From Prasinococcaceae sp. CCMP 1430 (lineage: Eukaryota; Plantae; Prasinodermophyta): a DNA stretch of 64,000 bases. Shown in pieces: positions 53,023 through 64,000 of the stretch. The translations under genes were made by a program, and so were the position numbers. Numbering within the stretch: the first letter of the stretch is position 1; every line of letters starts with the position of its first letter. Below the pieces are notes generated by a model, which was given only the letters and a program-made list of their open reading frames with translations, was not told the DNA's origin and ran no database searches. The stretch is from contig RQSC01000029.1 in NCBI GenBank assembly GCA_013416795.1, positions 450,250 through 514,249 on the forward strand, read 5' to 3'.

Positions 53023-55130
53023 TTACTCCGGCTCGTCTTCGGGGTACACCGCTAGCAACTGCACAACCGGGGACTGCAGCACCTCGCCCTCGTCGTTGAC
53101 GCTGCCGTCCTCCACTGTCCAGGCCTCCAGTATGTCGTCCGTGAGCACATCGCGCGCCACCCACACGTGGCCGACAAAGGATGAGCTCTGGCGAGTCTGC
53201 CCCGCCTCCAGCGTGAAATAGGAGCGCTCCACGCCTTGGAAGTCGACCCAAAGGATGCGGCAAGGCTCAGTGCGCCAATTCATGACAACGATTTCCTGGG
53301 ACTTGCCGCCCACCTGCGACTTGGCGTTCTCCAGGTCGGGCCGCACGTGGCCATCGGCGGGGGGGTCAAGTGTCCGGCCCTTGCCCTTCGAAAAATGCAC
53401 GACAGCAGGCACACGGGTCAGCAGCTGTCCACACGCAGCGCCGCAGCGCAGCGCCGAGAGTCACGCTCCGGCGCGTCAGTAGCTCGAGGCCACGATGACA
53501 AATGCACCCACGAGAGCATACGCACCTCCACACTAGTGCGCGCCTTATTGAAGGAACCTAAGCTCTCCGCCACCTCCTTTGACCCGCCCTTGAGCGCCGC
53601 GCGCCAAGCAGCGGTCATTACGCGCTCGTTTGCGGGGATTTTCCCCACCAGGCAGTGCTGCACGCGCGTCGGTGAGCCATCCGACTCGGCGTCAGAGGCC
53701 TCCTGCCTCTTCAGTAGGTCGGACAGATGCACGGTGTGCTCGTGCTGCACGGGCAGTTCGATGAGCCCCGCGGCCGCCGCCACGTCCAGGGCGAAAGCCA
53801 CGATGTCATCAGCCGACCACTCGTATTCGTCGAAGCCCTTCTCCCGCACATCGCTGTCTCTGCCGTGGAGCCCCTGCTCCTGGGCCAGCCGGTTGACCAG
53901 CCTCGCGCAAGACTTCAGCCACGAGGCCTCGAGCGCGGAGCGTTGAGCGACGAAACCTTGTGGGTAGTAGCGCACGAAGGGAAGCAGGTCGGCCGCCAGG
54001 GGGCGCGTGGCAATGTCCGCTGACTCCTTGCCACCGCCCCCGGATGCGCTCGATGCTTTCCCACCCGCCTCGCCCCCCACGCCAGAAACCTCCTCGTGCC
54101 TCAGCTGCTCAATTTCCTCCAGCGCGCGTACCTCCTCGGCATCGATCGTCCCTCCGGGCTCGACCGTGCTCTCCTGACGTTGCGAGACTCCCTCTTCGGC
54201 GCACACCTCCTCACTAGTAGCGCTGCCTCCGCCATCGCGCGCGAGCCCCGCGGCGCTCTCCCGCGGGAAGAAAAAGCGGATGTCAGGCATCTGCGTCACG
54301 CCCGCCGACTCGCATATGCTCTGGTGCTTGGCGCAGTTGATAGCGAAAGTGCGTAGCCCGTGCCCACTAAGCAGCATCCCAGCGGCCTCGACGATCGCAT
54401 CGTGCGCTTGCACGCAGTGCAGACACTCGGGCGAGTAGTACATGACGAGCATGCCGCCCCGGTTGATGCCCGCCTCGGCGTCTGCCGCGTCAGCGTCCTT
54501 TAGCACCTTGGCACTCGCACCGCCTCTCTCGCCGTCCACCGCGCCCGCCGCCGTCTCCACCTGCCGCTGTAGCCTCTGCCAATGTATTGAGGTCCGCACC
54601 TCCTCGATCCGATCCACCGCGTGCACGAAGCGCAGCTGCGCACTGGATGCGAGCAGGCCGAGGAAGGTCGCCGCTGCCGCTGCGCGCCCGACCTCCGTGC
54701 GCGTGTCGAGCGTGAGCACGTTAACGACGTTCGTCTCGTCGCTGGCCGAGTCGGCGCCGATGTCCGACGCCGCGTACACCCTGAATACCTGCCCCCCCTC
54801 CTCGAACGCGCCGCTCTGCCCAGCGCGTGCGGTCGCGTCCAGCTCCGCCCATCGGTTCCCACCGCGCCCCAGGCATGCGGGCCCAGAGAGCGACGTACAC
54901 AGCGCGTCGTCGCTTATGGCATGCTCGAGCGCGTTGGATGCGTGGCGCGTGAGACGTGCGGCCGGGAAGGGCAGCGCGGACGCTGACAGCCTGAGCGCCG
55001 CCTGCTCAGGGGGCACGGGCGCGCCCACCGTGCCGTCCGCTGCCGGGCCGCCTGCCGCGCCCGCCGCGCACAGCGCCGCGCACAGCGCTGGCGGCGCCGG
55101 CCCCCGCGGGCACGCGGCGCCGCGTGGCCG
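53023..55130 (-). CDS. Thioredoxin-fold (CLHC) protein with a C-terminal VHL beta domain; intron 53425-53525; start uncertain
   Basis: YYSPECLHC...AINCAKHQSIC...MPDIRFF. A phase-0 GT-AG intron joins it to NWRTEPCRILWVDFQGVERSYFTL...SFVGHVWVARD. Confidence 0.72.
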
Positions 55131-55523
55131 ACCGCACCACCACCCACCCCAACCCGACCTCGCCACCCCGGGCACGAACCCCAGGACCGCCCCCGCCGCG
55201 CCGTGTGTCCCCCGCCCCCACACACTGTCTTCCCCATCCGCGCATCCCAACACCCTCCTCGCTTCCCCCCACCCTTGGTGTTGGTGGGAGCCTCTTGGAA
55301 GGCCGTTTGATGAGCCTTTGTTTCAAAACCGAGCTCGCCACGCGGGCGGGCGGGGGCGCGCGCATCCCGCGCGCCACTGCGGCGGCGGGGCGCGTGCGGC
55401 AGCTGGCGGCGGAAGGAGGGGGAGGACGAGGGAGGAGGGGGGTCTGAGAGCGCGGGCGCGTAAGGGCGAAAGGGAGCTGTGTTGCCAGGGTGGGAGAGAG
55501 CGGGGGATTGGGCGGCGGCGGCG

Positions 55524-56801
55524 ATGCAAGAGCATGCCGCGCTGCTGCTCGCCTTCCTCGCCGCGGCGGGCAACAACGTCGGCAAGGCGCTGCAGAAGGA
55601 GGGCACGCTCACGCTGCCGCGGCTCTCGCTCGACCGGAGGGTGCTTGTCGAGTACGCACGCAGCACGCGCTGGCTGGCCGGTTTCCTCGCGGACATCGGG
55701 GGGGCGCTGCTGATGGTCGTCGCCGTGGCGAACGCGCCCGTCTCGCTCGTGCAGCCCATCGCAGGCTCGGGGCTCGCCGTGCTCGCGCTCTACGCGCACC
55801 TGCGCCTTGATGAGCGGCTGTCGCCTGCCGACTGGACGGCGGTAGGCTGCGTCATTGCGGGGACCTTCCTCGAGGGCCTCACGGCCGACGAGGCCGCCGA
55901 CGTCGAGCCTCCACTCCCGAGTGCTGCGCAGCTGGCCGCGTGCGCCGCGCTGGTGCTTGCGCTGCTCTATGGGTGCCATCTGTGGCTCGACGCGCCTGCG
56001 GGGTGGACGGGAGTACCGGGGGCCATCACCTCCATCGTAAAGCGCCTCGGCGGCCTCGGCAGCGGCACTGGTAGCGGTGGCGGCGATGGCGACGAGCAAA
56101 AGGTGCATGCGCGCCCCACGGGCGTCGTGCGGCGCCTAGCATTTGCCGTTGGCGACCAGGCGCGTGGCGAGCTGGACGACCTGGTGGCAGGCGCGCGGGC
56201 GGGCGCACTCTTCGGCGTATCGGCGTGCGCCACGCGGCTAGGATTCACCGCCTCCGACAGCGGCGGCGGGGCGTTGTGCGCGGCGCTTGGGATAGCGTGC
56301 AGCGTGGGGCTCTCGGCGGGGGGCTTCTACTACCAGACGCGCGCCTTCAAGGACGGCCGGGCGGTGTCTGTAGCGACGGCCGCGTCCGTGTCATCAATGC
56401 TCACTGGCGTCGTGGTGGGGCTGGCGGCGCTAGGAGAGCGCATGCCTGCAGCAATGTCCAAAAGCGTGCTCAGGCTGCTGGCGTGGGCGCTCCTCGTGGT
56501 GGGCATCGGTACGACACGCAGCTGCAGCGCATCACCTGGCTGTGCGAACACGCAAGCAGGCGCACGGGCCCGCTCCTCGCGCACGTGCATCGCGCGTTGA
56601 GTGGCTTCTGACACACGTGCACGCCGCTCCCCGCTTTACGAAGGTGTCAACGCGCGTGGCGCGAGTGCGACTGCGCTCGCGCAGGACAAGGCTTCGACCG
56701 AGGCCATGCTCGAGGGCAAGCACGTTCAACGACGCGTCAGCGGCGCGCACACGCCCGGAAAGACACCAGGGAAGGGTCTCAAGCTCGCCACGGCCGTCTG
56801 A
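55524..56801 (+). CDS. NIPA/DMT-superfamily membrane transporter; intron 56509-56643
   Basis: NVGKALQKEG, RWLAGF, APVSLVQPI, L.ERL and about 9 TM segments. Confidence 0.7.
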
Positions 56802-56945
56802 GTAGGGCCATTAATATGTGACAGACGCGCGCGTAGTCGCGCGTGCACAGGCCGGCGCGACGCAGCGGCGCGGCCCGGTAATTAATCGTCAAAAAGAGGG
56901 CATCGCGTGTACATGCATGCGCGCGCCGCGTCAGCTCTGCGTGTG

Positions 56946-57534
56946 CTACGCCGCCCCGCCACCCCCTGTGCCGCCCCCACCGCCCGGCTTGTTCATCTTG
57001 TGTATCTCATGTGTCACATCCTCCATGCCCTTCTTCATCTCCTGCCGTGCGCGTGAGCGACGACGAGCAGTGTGTGTGTGTGTGTGTGCAGCCGCCCGGC
57101 AGCTGTGTGAGCACATGGGCAGCACGTTACGCGCTCGCGGCGGCGGCGAGGTCGAGGCCTCGCGCAGGGTAGTTCCTAGGGCGTGGCGCGCGCGGGCGCG
57201 GCCGCTCACCTCTCGAAACACTTTTGTGAACTCCTGTGCCTTCTGTTGGTACTCGGCGGCGCCTTCCTGCATAAGCTTGTCAGTGCGAATGGCGAAGCGC
57301 TGGAACCAGCGCGAGTTCGCCAGGCCATCGACCATCACCTGCGGGGCGAAGATGCCGAGGGGAGGGAAGGTCAAGGTGAGGGGGGAGGGAGGGACGCTGG
57401 CGTCAGGAAAGCACAGACTGTCCTCGCGCAGGATATGCAAGCAACGCTCTAGCAGCGGCGCTCTCGCCGCGGCTGCCTGCCTGCCGGCGCACCTGGTTCA
57501 TCCAGTACGACACGAGCCTCTGGAAGAACGACAT
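56946..57534 (-). CDS. Small conserved protein (88 aa) resembling the plant/NCBP2-AS2-like family; introns 57339-57492 and 57042-57209
   Basis: MSFFQRLVSYWMNQ|VMVDGLANSRWFQRFAIRT...FRE|EMKKG; both introns are phase 0 and GT-AG. Confidence 0.7.
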
Positions 57535-58277
57535 GCCGCCGAGCAAGCGCTTCTTTCCCCCACCCGCCCGGCGCGCGTGCGAGCTCGCGCCGCGGCCCGC
57601 CGGCGCCCCCCACGCGCGCGCCCAAAGGAACGCCTCGGCCCCTCCCCCTCCCTCTCCCCCTTCCCTTCCCCTCTTCCAGCCCGTCGCCCGCCCACGCCTG
57701 CGCGCGTCCCTCGGCGCCGCCCTTCGATGCCCTCGCGCCGGTGCCGCCGAGCGTTTCCGCGGCGAAGACCCCAAAGTGCTCATCAACGTGCGGTTCGGCC
57801 ACCGGCCGCGGCTGCCGCAGCGCGCGCCCGCTCGCGGTCAGGAGCTTCCAGAGACTGGCGCGCGCCCTCGCCGCCGGCAGGACGGATTCGCGACCTTTCA
57901 GAGCGACGCGGCGATGGATTCCTTTGAACCCAATGGCTCCGCGATACAACAGCAAAAACACGCCGCGATGGATTCCATGCGATGACGAAGGAGTCGCCCG
58001 TGGGTCAGATCCCGCGTTGCTGCGTATCAGCCGACCCCCACGCACACGAGGCCGAAAGGCCGGGGCGGGGGGATCGGGACCGTCCCCGGCGTGGGAAACA
58101 AAAACAAAAACAAAAACAAAAACAAAAAGAGGGCCAACAGCCGCTCGCGCGCGCGTGCGCGTCTTTTTTTGCGCGGCGCCGGGCAGAGGTAGGCACAGCG
58201 CGCGCCCAGGGCGGCGCGCGCCTGCCACCCTTCACCACCACCACCACGACACACGTACACGCGCACACGCTCCCGCG

Positions 58278-59939
58278 ATGGCGGGGGTGCGCGCGGCGGC
58301 GGCGGCGGCGGCGGCGGCCGGGGTGCTCAGTACATCGAGGCGCTGTTGCTGCGCGCAGCGGGAGGCCGCGCTCGCCGGCGGCGGCGCAGGCGCGCGCGAG
58401 CGCGTCGGCCCTGTCGGCTTCGTGCGCGACACACGGGGCCTGGTACGCGACGTGCGCGCGCTGCTGCTGCTGCTCGATGACCGGGGCCTGCTCCCAAAGC
58501 GAGGTGGAGGTGAGGAGACGGCGTCGACCTCATCGTCGCAGAGCGCCATGCTCGCCGTGCGCGACCTCCTCGGCGAGGTGAACGCGACTCTTGACAAGGC
58601 GAGCGGCCTGCTCAGCCAGGCGCCGGTCGAGCGCGTCACCAAGATCGTCGCGGGCGAGGTGAAGTTCGCACCACGGCCGCCGGGGATGCCCACAGGCTTC
58701 GAGCGAACGCGCATGCTGGTCGAGGACGCGCGCAAGGCCGTCGAGGGCTGCAACGCGGCGCTCGAGATACGCGGCGTGCGCGCGTGCTTCCCGGGGGAGC
58801 GGGAAAGACTGCTTGGCGGGGAGGCGGGGGGCAGCGGCAGCGGCGTCGAGTCTGGTGCGGGCTCGCCAACGAAAGCAGCGGGCAGTAGACCACGCGACTC
58901 GCTCAAGGAGGAGCCGCGCAACCCCATCTTCTCGCGGCGCCGTCGCAAGAGCTCGAAGACGACCGAGCTCGCTCGGCCAGCGACGCAGCCAGCGCTCAAC
59001 CGTGTGGGAAAGATCTGCTCGGACACAAAGGACGCGGTGAAGACGGCGAAGGAGCTGCTCGAACTCGATCACGTGCGGCAGAAGATGGGTTCCTCTGCGG
59101 CACAGGTGGATGCAGGCGGCAATGGCTCGTTTACGGGTGGCGTAGGCAGCGCTGCCAACAGCCCGTCGGGCGGGTTTGGCCTGCCGCGCGTCGGCAGCGG
59201 CGGCAGCCTCGTGGGGCTCGCGGCGGGAGCGATGGCGGGCGAAGGGAGCGCAGGGGTGCTGCTGGGCGCGGGCGGCGCGGCTCCCGGGATCGTGGACACA
59301 CCCTCTACTCGTCGCAAGGGCCTCGGTCCCTTTTCACACTCGCAGCTCGACGCGCACGCGCTCGGCGGCCCGGGCAGCGTGGCGCAGCTCCGTGCGCTCG
59401 AAAACATCACGCGCAACACAAATGTGGCCATGCAGGCGCTCGAGAAAAATGTGCGTACGCTGTCCAACCCGAACGTGCGCCGCGAGTGGCGGCACTTCGT
59501 TTACAAACTGCTCTTGGCGACCTTCGTATTCTTCGCGGCGAGTCTGTCGTACGTCGCGCAGTGCTGCGCCGCGCACATGCACCTTCTGCGCTGTGATGCG
59601 CCGCCCCGCACTCCGCCGTGCCTCGCGGCGCCACCTCCCCCCCTCTGTGTACTGACGTCGGCGGCTGGCGCTCCGTTGGAACGCAGGTGGGTGTGGTGGC
59701 TGCGCTCGCTCGATGCCGACCAAGACGGACGCATCACCATCCATGAGCTGTGCGAGGGATTCCCGGCAGCTGCTGGCATCGACTGCAAGGCGACCGTCAG
59801 GGACATGTTTGACACAACGCACACACACTCGTATGAGGATGAGCATCAGGATGACTACTGGGCCAGTGGAGCGGCCAGTGGCGCGCGGTCAAGGCTCGAC
59901 GGCCACCCAACAGAGCTCGATGCGGTGGCCGGGTACTAG
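58278..59939 (+). CDS. Uncharacterised protein: organelle-targeting-like N-terminus, coiled coils, one TM segment and an EF-hand; intron 59549-59686
   Basis: YKLLLATFVFFAASLS|WVWWL (TM segment), then DADQDGRITIHE (canonical EF-hand loop). Confidence 0.5.
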   Translation: MAGVRAAAAAAAAAGVLSTSRRCCCAQREAALAGGGAGARERVGPVGFVRDTRGLVRDVRALLLLLDDRGLLPKRGGGEETASTSSSQSAMLAVRDLLGEVNATLDKASGLLSQAPVERVTKIVAGEVKFAPRPPGMPTGFERTRMLVEDARKAVEGCNAALEIRGVRACFPGERERLLGGEAGGSGSGVESGAGSPTKAAGSRPRDSLKEEPRNPIFSRRRRKSSKTTELARPATQPALNRVGKICSDTKDAVKTAKELLELDHVRQKMGSSAAQVDAGGNGSFTGGVGSAANSPSGGFGLPRVGSGGSLVGLAAGAMAGEGSAGVLLGAGGAAPGIVDTPSTRRKGLGPFSHSQLDAHALGGPGSVAQLRALENITRNTNVAMQALEKNVRTLSNPNVRREWRHFVYKLLLATFVFFAASLSYVAQCCAAHMHLLRCDAPPRTPPCLAAPPPPLCVLTSAAGAPLERRWVWWLRSLDADQDGRITIHELCEGFPAAAGIDCKATVRDMFDTTHTHSYEDEHQDDYWASGAASGARSRLDGHPTELDAVAGY

Positions 59940-60476
59940 GGAGTAGACACTAGCTAATGAAGTACAGTAGACTACTATGTACAGTAATAGCATAGAGGCG
60001 ACACGTCTCCTCTGCCGAGGTTTGGGGTGAGGAACTTTTTCCTTGCGCCTTTTTCTCGGTATTTTCGCACAAATTCATCCAAAAATCCACTGAGCAAAAT
60101 CCGACGCGCCCTGAGGCGACCACGTCAGCGCCCGACGGCCGACGAGGGGCTCGCGGCCGACGGAGGCCCTCGGGCGCCCCCTTCCCACCTCCCACCGTGC
60201 GGGCCGTAGCGTGGTGGCAGGAGCGGAGGGTCTGCGCGTCAGCGAGCGGCGTTGGGGTTCGTGGGAGCTCGGAGGTGAGGGGTGAGCTGCGGGGCGGGCG
60301 CTCAGGCTCGAGTTGGGCCGTTTGGGGTACGGCCGGTGCGGTGGCCGCCAGGCGCTTGGGCGCGCCGGTGGCGATAAGGCGCCGCGCGCACGCGACTGCG
60401 GGAACTTCCCCCTCCCGCCACACGCCGCGCGCGGCGCGAGGCTGTGCGCGTGCGGGGTGGGAACCGGGGAGCGCAG

Positions 60477-62846
60477 ATGGCGGCAGCATGCGTGCCGACG
60501 GCGGCACGCGCCGCGCCGCTGCGGAGTGCGGGCGACCGCGTGTGTGCGTCCGCGGCGCGCGGCGTGCGCGTGTGCGCTAAGGGGCGCGGCAAAGGCAAGG
60601 GCAACGGCGGCGGCGAGCGCGCGCAGCCCGACGTGCAGTGGGACGGCGAGGAGTACGGGGATGAGTATGACGAGGAGTACGGCGAGGAGTACGGCGACGC
60701 GGACACGATAATGCCCGAAATGATGAGCGAGGCGGAGGAGCTCGCCGCGCTGGCGGGCGAGGCCTACGAAGTGGACGCAGCCGACGCCGGCCCCTCCGCC
60801 GCCTTGGAGGCTGAGCCTGCTGACGCGGACGAAGTGGAGGAGTATGCCGACGTCGCGGATGCGTATGCGGTCGACAACGACGAGTACGAGGATGAAGAAG
60901 GTGAAGCTGTTGACTACGCCGCAGCCGCCGTGGCCGCCGAGATGGCGGAGGACGCCGCGGCCATGAGCGAGCAGCAGCCCTCACCCGGGACTCCTGTTTC
61001 CGACGCCGAGGCCCGTGACGCCGCACGCGAGCGCGCAGCTGCACGCCGCGTGCGCTCCCGCGAAAAGCGCGTGTGGAACGCCAAGCGCAACGCGCGTATC
61101 CGGCAGATCGAGAAGCAGCGCGCGGAGGCGCGCGACACGGGCGTGCGTGAGAGCCGCGCGGAGGAGGCCCCCCGCGCGCTGTCAGGCATCGCCGGTGTGA
61201 TCTCCGACGCGGTGGAGGGAGTCGCGCGCTCAGTGGGCGAGGATGCGGTGGAGTCATTCAACGCCAACGTCAACCCTGTGAGCGCAGGCAAGCGCGCGAG
61301 AGAGGTGATTGGCGGCGCATGGGCGTCCCTCACGGGCTCGGCGAGGCTCGCGCAGGAGCTGCAGTATGAGCGCTCCAGGTGGACGCGCATGCCCGAGGCG
61401 ACCCTGGACGACTTCCGCGCGCCACAGGCAGCGTATACCAAGGTGCTGGTCGTTGGCGCCACTGGCCGTGTTGGGCGAGTGCTCGTGCGCAAGTTGCTGC
61501 TGCGTGGCTACGAGGTGCGCTGTATGGTGCGCGAGCTGCCGCGCGGCATCGAAACGCTGCCTGGCCTCCCCGCGAGCGTGGAGCTCGTCAAGGGTGACCT
61601 TCGCGACCCCGTGAGTGTTGGCCGCGCGGTGCGCGGCTGCAGCAAGGTCATCTGCTGCGCGCGCGCGGCCACGCCTGTGCGGGCGGACCTCGAGGCGGTG
61701 GACGCGTACGGCCCGCAATACCTCTGCTCGGCGCTGCTCAACGAGTACGTGCTGGAGAGTCAGCGCAGGCGCGGCACCAACAGGCGCTCCAAGTACACCT
61801 TGCACAACTTTGAGAGGCGCGGGCGGGACGACATGTCCGCGTGGAAGGTACGCACCGAGGCGGCCGAGACCTTCAATGCGCTGAACGAGGACTTCCTCGA
61901 GAAGTATCGCTCGCAGCTCGCCGGGTCGAGCCAGGCCGAGTGCGGCCCGCTGGGCGATGAGTGGGGGCGCTCCCACATGCTGCGCTTCAACGGACGCATC
62001 GCTCCGACTGGCGGCGCCGCTGAGATGAGTGCGCCGCTCGTGGGACCCACGTTCGACGTGGAGGGATCGAAGAGCCACCGCTTGGGCGAGCAACTGGCAT
62101 CCCTCGAGGGGCTCCAGATGCGCGTTTCAAGCGACCGCAGCAAGATGTACTCGCTGGTGCTTGAAGACACGGAGGGTGCGCGCTATGCGGCGAGGTTCTA
62201 CACGAAGCGCGGCTTTGCGACTGTGCGTATGCCAATGAGCGCGTTCAGACCCATGGACGACGCCGACGGCAACGATGTGCCCCCGCTCGGTAGCCGCCCG
62301 CTGGCGCGCATCGCGCTGCGTTACGAGGCCACGGCTCGCCCCGGGACTCGCGGTGGTGTTGCACGCGAGGCGGCGCTGTCGGCGAGCTCCGACGAGCAGC
62401 TGTACTTCGGGCTCAGCCTCCACTTTATCAAGGCTATGCCAGCGGTGGAGGAGCCTGACATCGTGCTTGTGTCATGCGCTGGGGCGGGCGTGGACGAGGA
62501 GTCGCGTGAGGCGGTGGTCGCCGCCAAACAGATGGGCGAGGAATTCGTCAAGTCGAGCGGGCTGTGCTACACTGTGGTGAGGCCAGGGAAGCTCATCGAA
62601 GAGCCCGGCAGCAACAAGGCTCTCATCTTCGACCAGGGCGACCGCGTTGACCAGCCCATCAGCTGCGCGGACGTCGCAGATGTTTGCCTCCGTGCTATGC
62701 ACGACCCCGCCGCGGCTAACAAGGCGTTCGACGTTTCTTACGAGCGCGAGGAGTCCGACTCGGCGTATGAGCTGGTCGCTCATGTGCCGAGTACGAGCTC
62801 GAGCTATCTCTCGACTGCACTCGGACCTCTGAAGAAGAACTACTAG
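60477..62846 (+). CDS. HCF173: High Chlorophyll Fluorescence 173 (atypical SDR with CIA30 insert)
   Basis: VLVVGATGRVG, CIA30-like middle region, YTVVRPG, LIFDQG, ISCADVADVC and C-terminal YL..AL..L.KN. Confidence 0.88.
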   Translation: MAAACVPTAARAAPLRSAGDRVCASAARGVRVCAKGRGKGKGNGGGERAQPDVQWDGEEYGDEYDEEYGEEYGDADTIMPEMMSEAEELAALAGEAYEVDAADAGPSAALEAEPADADEVEEYADVADAYAVDNDEYEDEEGEAVDYAAAAVAAEMAEDAAAMSEQQPSPGTPVSDAEARDAARERAAARRVRSREKRVWNAKRNARIRQIEKQRAEARDTGVRESRAEEAPRALSGIAGVISDAVEGVARSVGEDAVESFNANVNPVSAGKRAREVIGGAWASLTGSARLAQELQYERSRWTRMPEATLDDFRAPQAAYTKVLVVGATGRVGRVLVRKLLLRGYEVRCMVRELPRGIETLPGLPASVELVKGDLRDPVSVGRAVRGCSKVICCARAATPVRADLEAVDAYGPQYLCSALLNEYVLESQRRRGTNRRSKYTLHNFERRGRDDMSAWKVRTEAAETFNALNEDFLEKYRSQLAGSSQAECGPLGDEWGRSHMLRFNGRIAPTGGAAEMSAPLVGPTFDVEGSKSHRLGEQLASLEGLQMRVSSDRSKMYSLVLEDTEGARYAARFYTKRGFATVRMPMSAFRPMDDADGNDVPPLGSRPLARIALRYEATARPGTRGGVAREAALSASSDEQLYFGLSLHFIKAMPAVEEPDIVLVSCAGAGVDEESREAVVAAKQMGEEFVKSSGLCYTVVRPGKLIEEPGSNKALIFDQGDRVDQPISCADVADVCLRAMHDPAAANKAFDVSYEREESDSAYELVAHVPSTSSSYLSTALGPLKKNY

Positions 62847-63107
62847 AGCCAGCCGTGCGAGCATCATGTAAGGTCTCTATGCGCCCATTTTGCAGGTCCA
62901 GACCCCCGCCCAGTACAGCACCTCGCGCTGCTTGGAGGCTCCGAAGCGCTGTTCCAGACGCCCCGCGAGCGCGGCGTCCCTCCCTGATCTGAGTCGAGCC
63001 TTTTTTTTTTTTTCCTTCTCTCGGTTTTTTTCAACAAAGGCCGGGACCGCGTGGTCTCCTGCGCCACACAGCGCTCGGCGGGCACCGCCCTCGACGCTGG
63101 TGCCCCG

Positions 63108-64000
63108 ATGGTGGCCCTGCGCAAGCTTCCCGGTCGCTCGCTCCTCTCTGTGACTGGCAGCGACGCGCGCGCGCTGCTGCGCGGCGTGCTTACTTGCGAC
63201 GTCGACCGGCTCGCCGGCGGCGATTCTAGTCCCGCCGAGGTGAACCGAGTTGAGTATGGTGCGCTTCTGAACAGCGCGGGGCGCGTGCTGTACGACGTCT
63301 TCCTGCACGGAGGGACGAAGGAGGTGGAAAAAGAGGCGGGTATGGGCGGCGTCATCGTCGAGTGTTCCGCCAACGCCGTGGACAGCCTCGCGGATGCGCT
63401 CAGGTGTGGAGCGCATTGCGAGCGCGAGAGTGCAGGGCGGAGGGTTTGGTTGCGCATCGCTCGGCGCTGACTGGCGCGGCGCGGCACACGCTCGCAGGCG
63501 CCGTACGATGCTTGCGGACGTGACTATCAAGTCCGTGCCCGCACGCCGGCTCGCCGTGGCCGCATCGTTTGCCTCTGATGGCGGAGATCCGGGTTTTAGC
63601 GATGTGCTGTGCAACGACCCCCGTGCAGCGGGCAGCGCCAGGCGCGGCGTTGTGCCAGCAGCGGCGGTCGATTACGCTGAGAGCTTCATGGACGGGGAAG
63701 GCTATCGCGCGTGGAGGTACGGACATGGCATGCCCTGCGGCCCGAGTGAGCTCCCCCCCGGTGTCCTCGGCGCTTTTGAGGTCAACTTGGACGCGCTTGG
63801 TGGGCTGCGCGCGTCGGGCGGCTTCGTGGGTGCCGACTACCTGCGTGAGCGCTCCTCGCGCAAGGGCGGCCGCGTCAAGCGCCGAGTGATGCCGGTGGTG
63901 ATTGAGGGTGAGGGCGCCGCCAAAGCTGCGGCAGGCGACGAGGTGGTTGTGGCAAGGCACGGGGGATTCGAGGGGGGGAACGGCGTAGGTCGGCTACTTG
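63108..64000 (+). CDS. IBA57/YgfZ-like folate-binding-fold protein lacking the KGCYxGQE motif; intron 63404-63497; runs off the window
   Basis: RSLLSVTGSDARALLRG, LLNSAGRVLYD, DPR, YRAWRYGHGMP..ELPPG..FEVNLD and KRRVMPV. Confidence 0.75.

Noticed and set aside
8622-63497. Introner-like repeated introns
   Set aside because: The introns share GC/CA-rich low complexity and CTGAC branch points but no extended sequence identity.
610-63960. Many long overlapping or antisense ORFs (for example 610-3309, 851-2509, 3966-5270, 28693-29988)
   Set aside because: They are shadows of real genes caused by extreme GC3 bias and scarce stop codons; none shows a recognisable domain.

Overview
This is GC-rich, gene-dense eukaryotic nuclear DNA from a green alga. 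Introns are short GT-AG introns with CTGAC-type branch points, and many genes carry plastid transit peptides. An embedded mitochondrial fragment points to a Prasinoderma-like prasinophyte (inference). About 30 protein-coding genes are supported: SSII, PGDH, AGPase large subunit, a GT77 transferase, TFIIE-alpha, DGK, PrmA, TTC27, a GRAM+SH3BP5 protein, SCY1, LPA3, ABCE1, GOT1, HDA14, a ShKT-cyclophilin, nicotinamidase, a Mid1/FAM155-like CRD protein, RPB10, an SPX-RING protein, a BAH protein, an Sfi1-like protein, LDAH, a GSTCD-like methyltransferase, a thioredoxin+VHL-beta protein, a NIPA-like transporter, HCF173 and an IBA57-like protein. The most striking structure is a 2.2-kb mitochondrial insertion (14631-16834). 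It holds an rnl fragment, the 5' part of a group I intron at rnl site 2500 with no 3' exon, and an intact cob. It sits exactly at the DGK start codon and places cob downstream of the DGK promoter. A scrambled RLE-type non-LTR retrotransposon relic lies at about 44-45 kb. Assembly gaps are at 875-1371, 7276-7334, 26118-26261 and 38317-38345, with single Ns at 2253 and 11132, so several 5' ends are uncertain. All family calls come from motif recognition by eye; no database searches were run.
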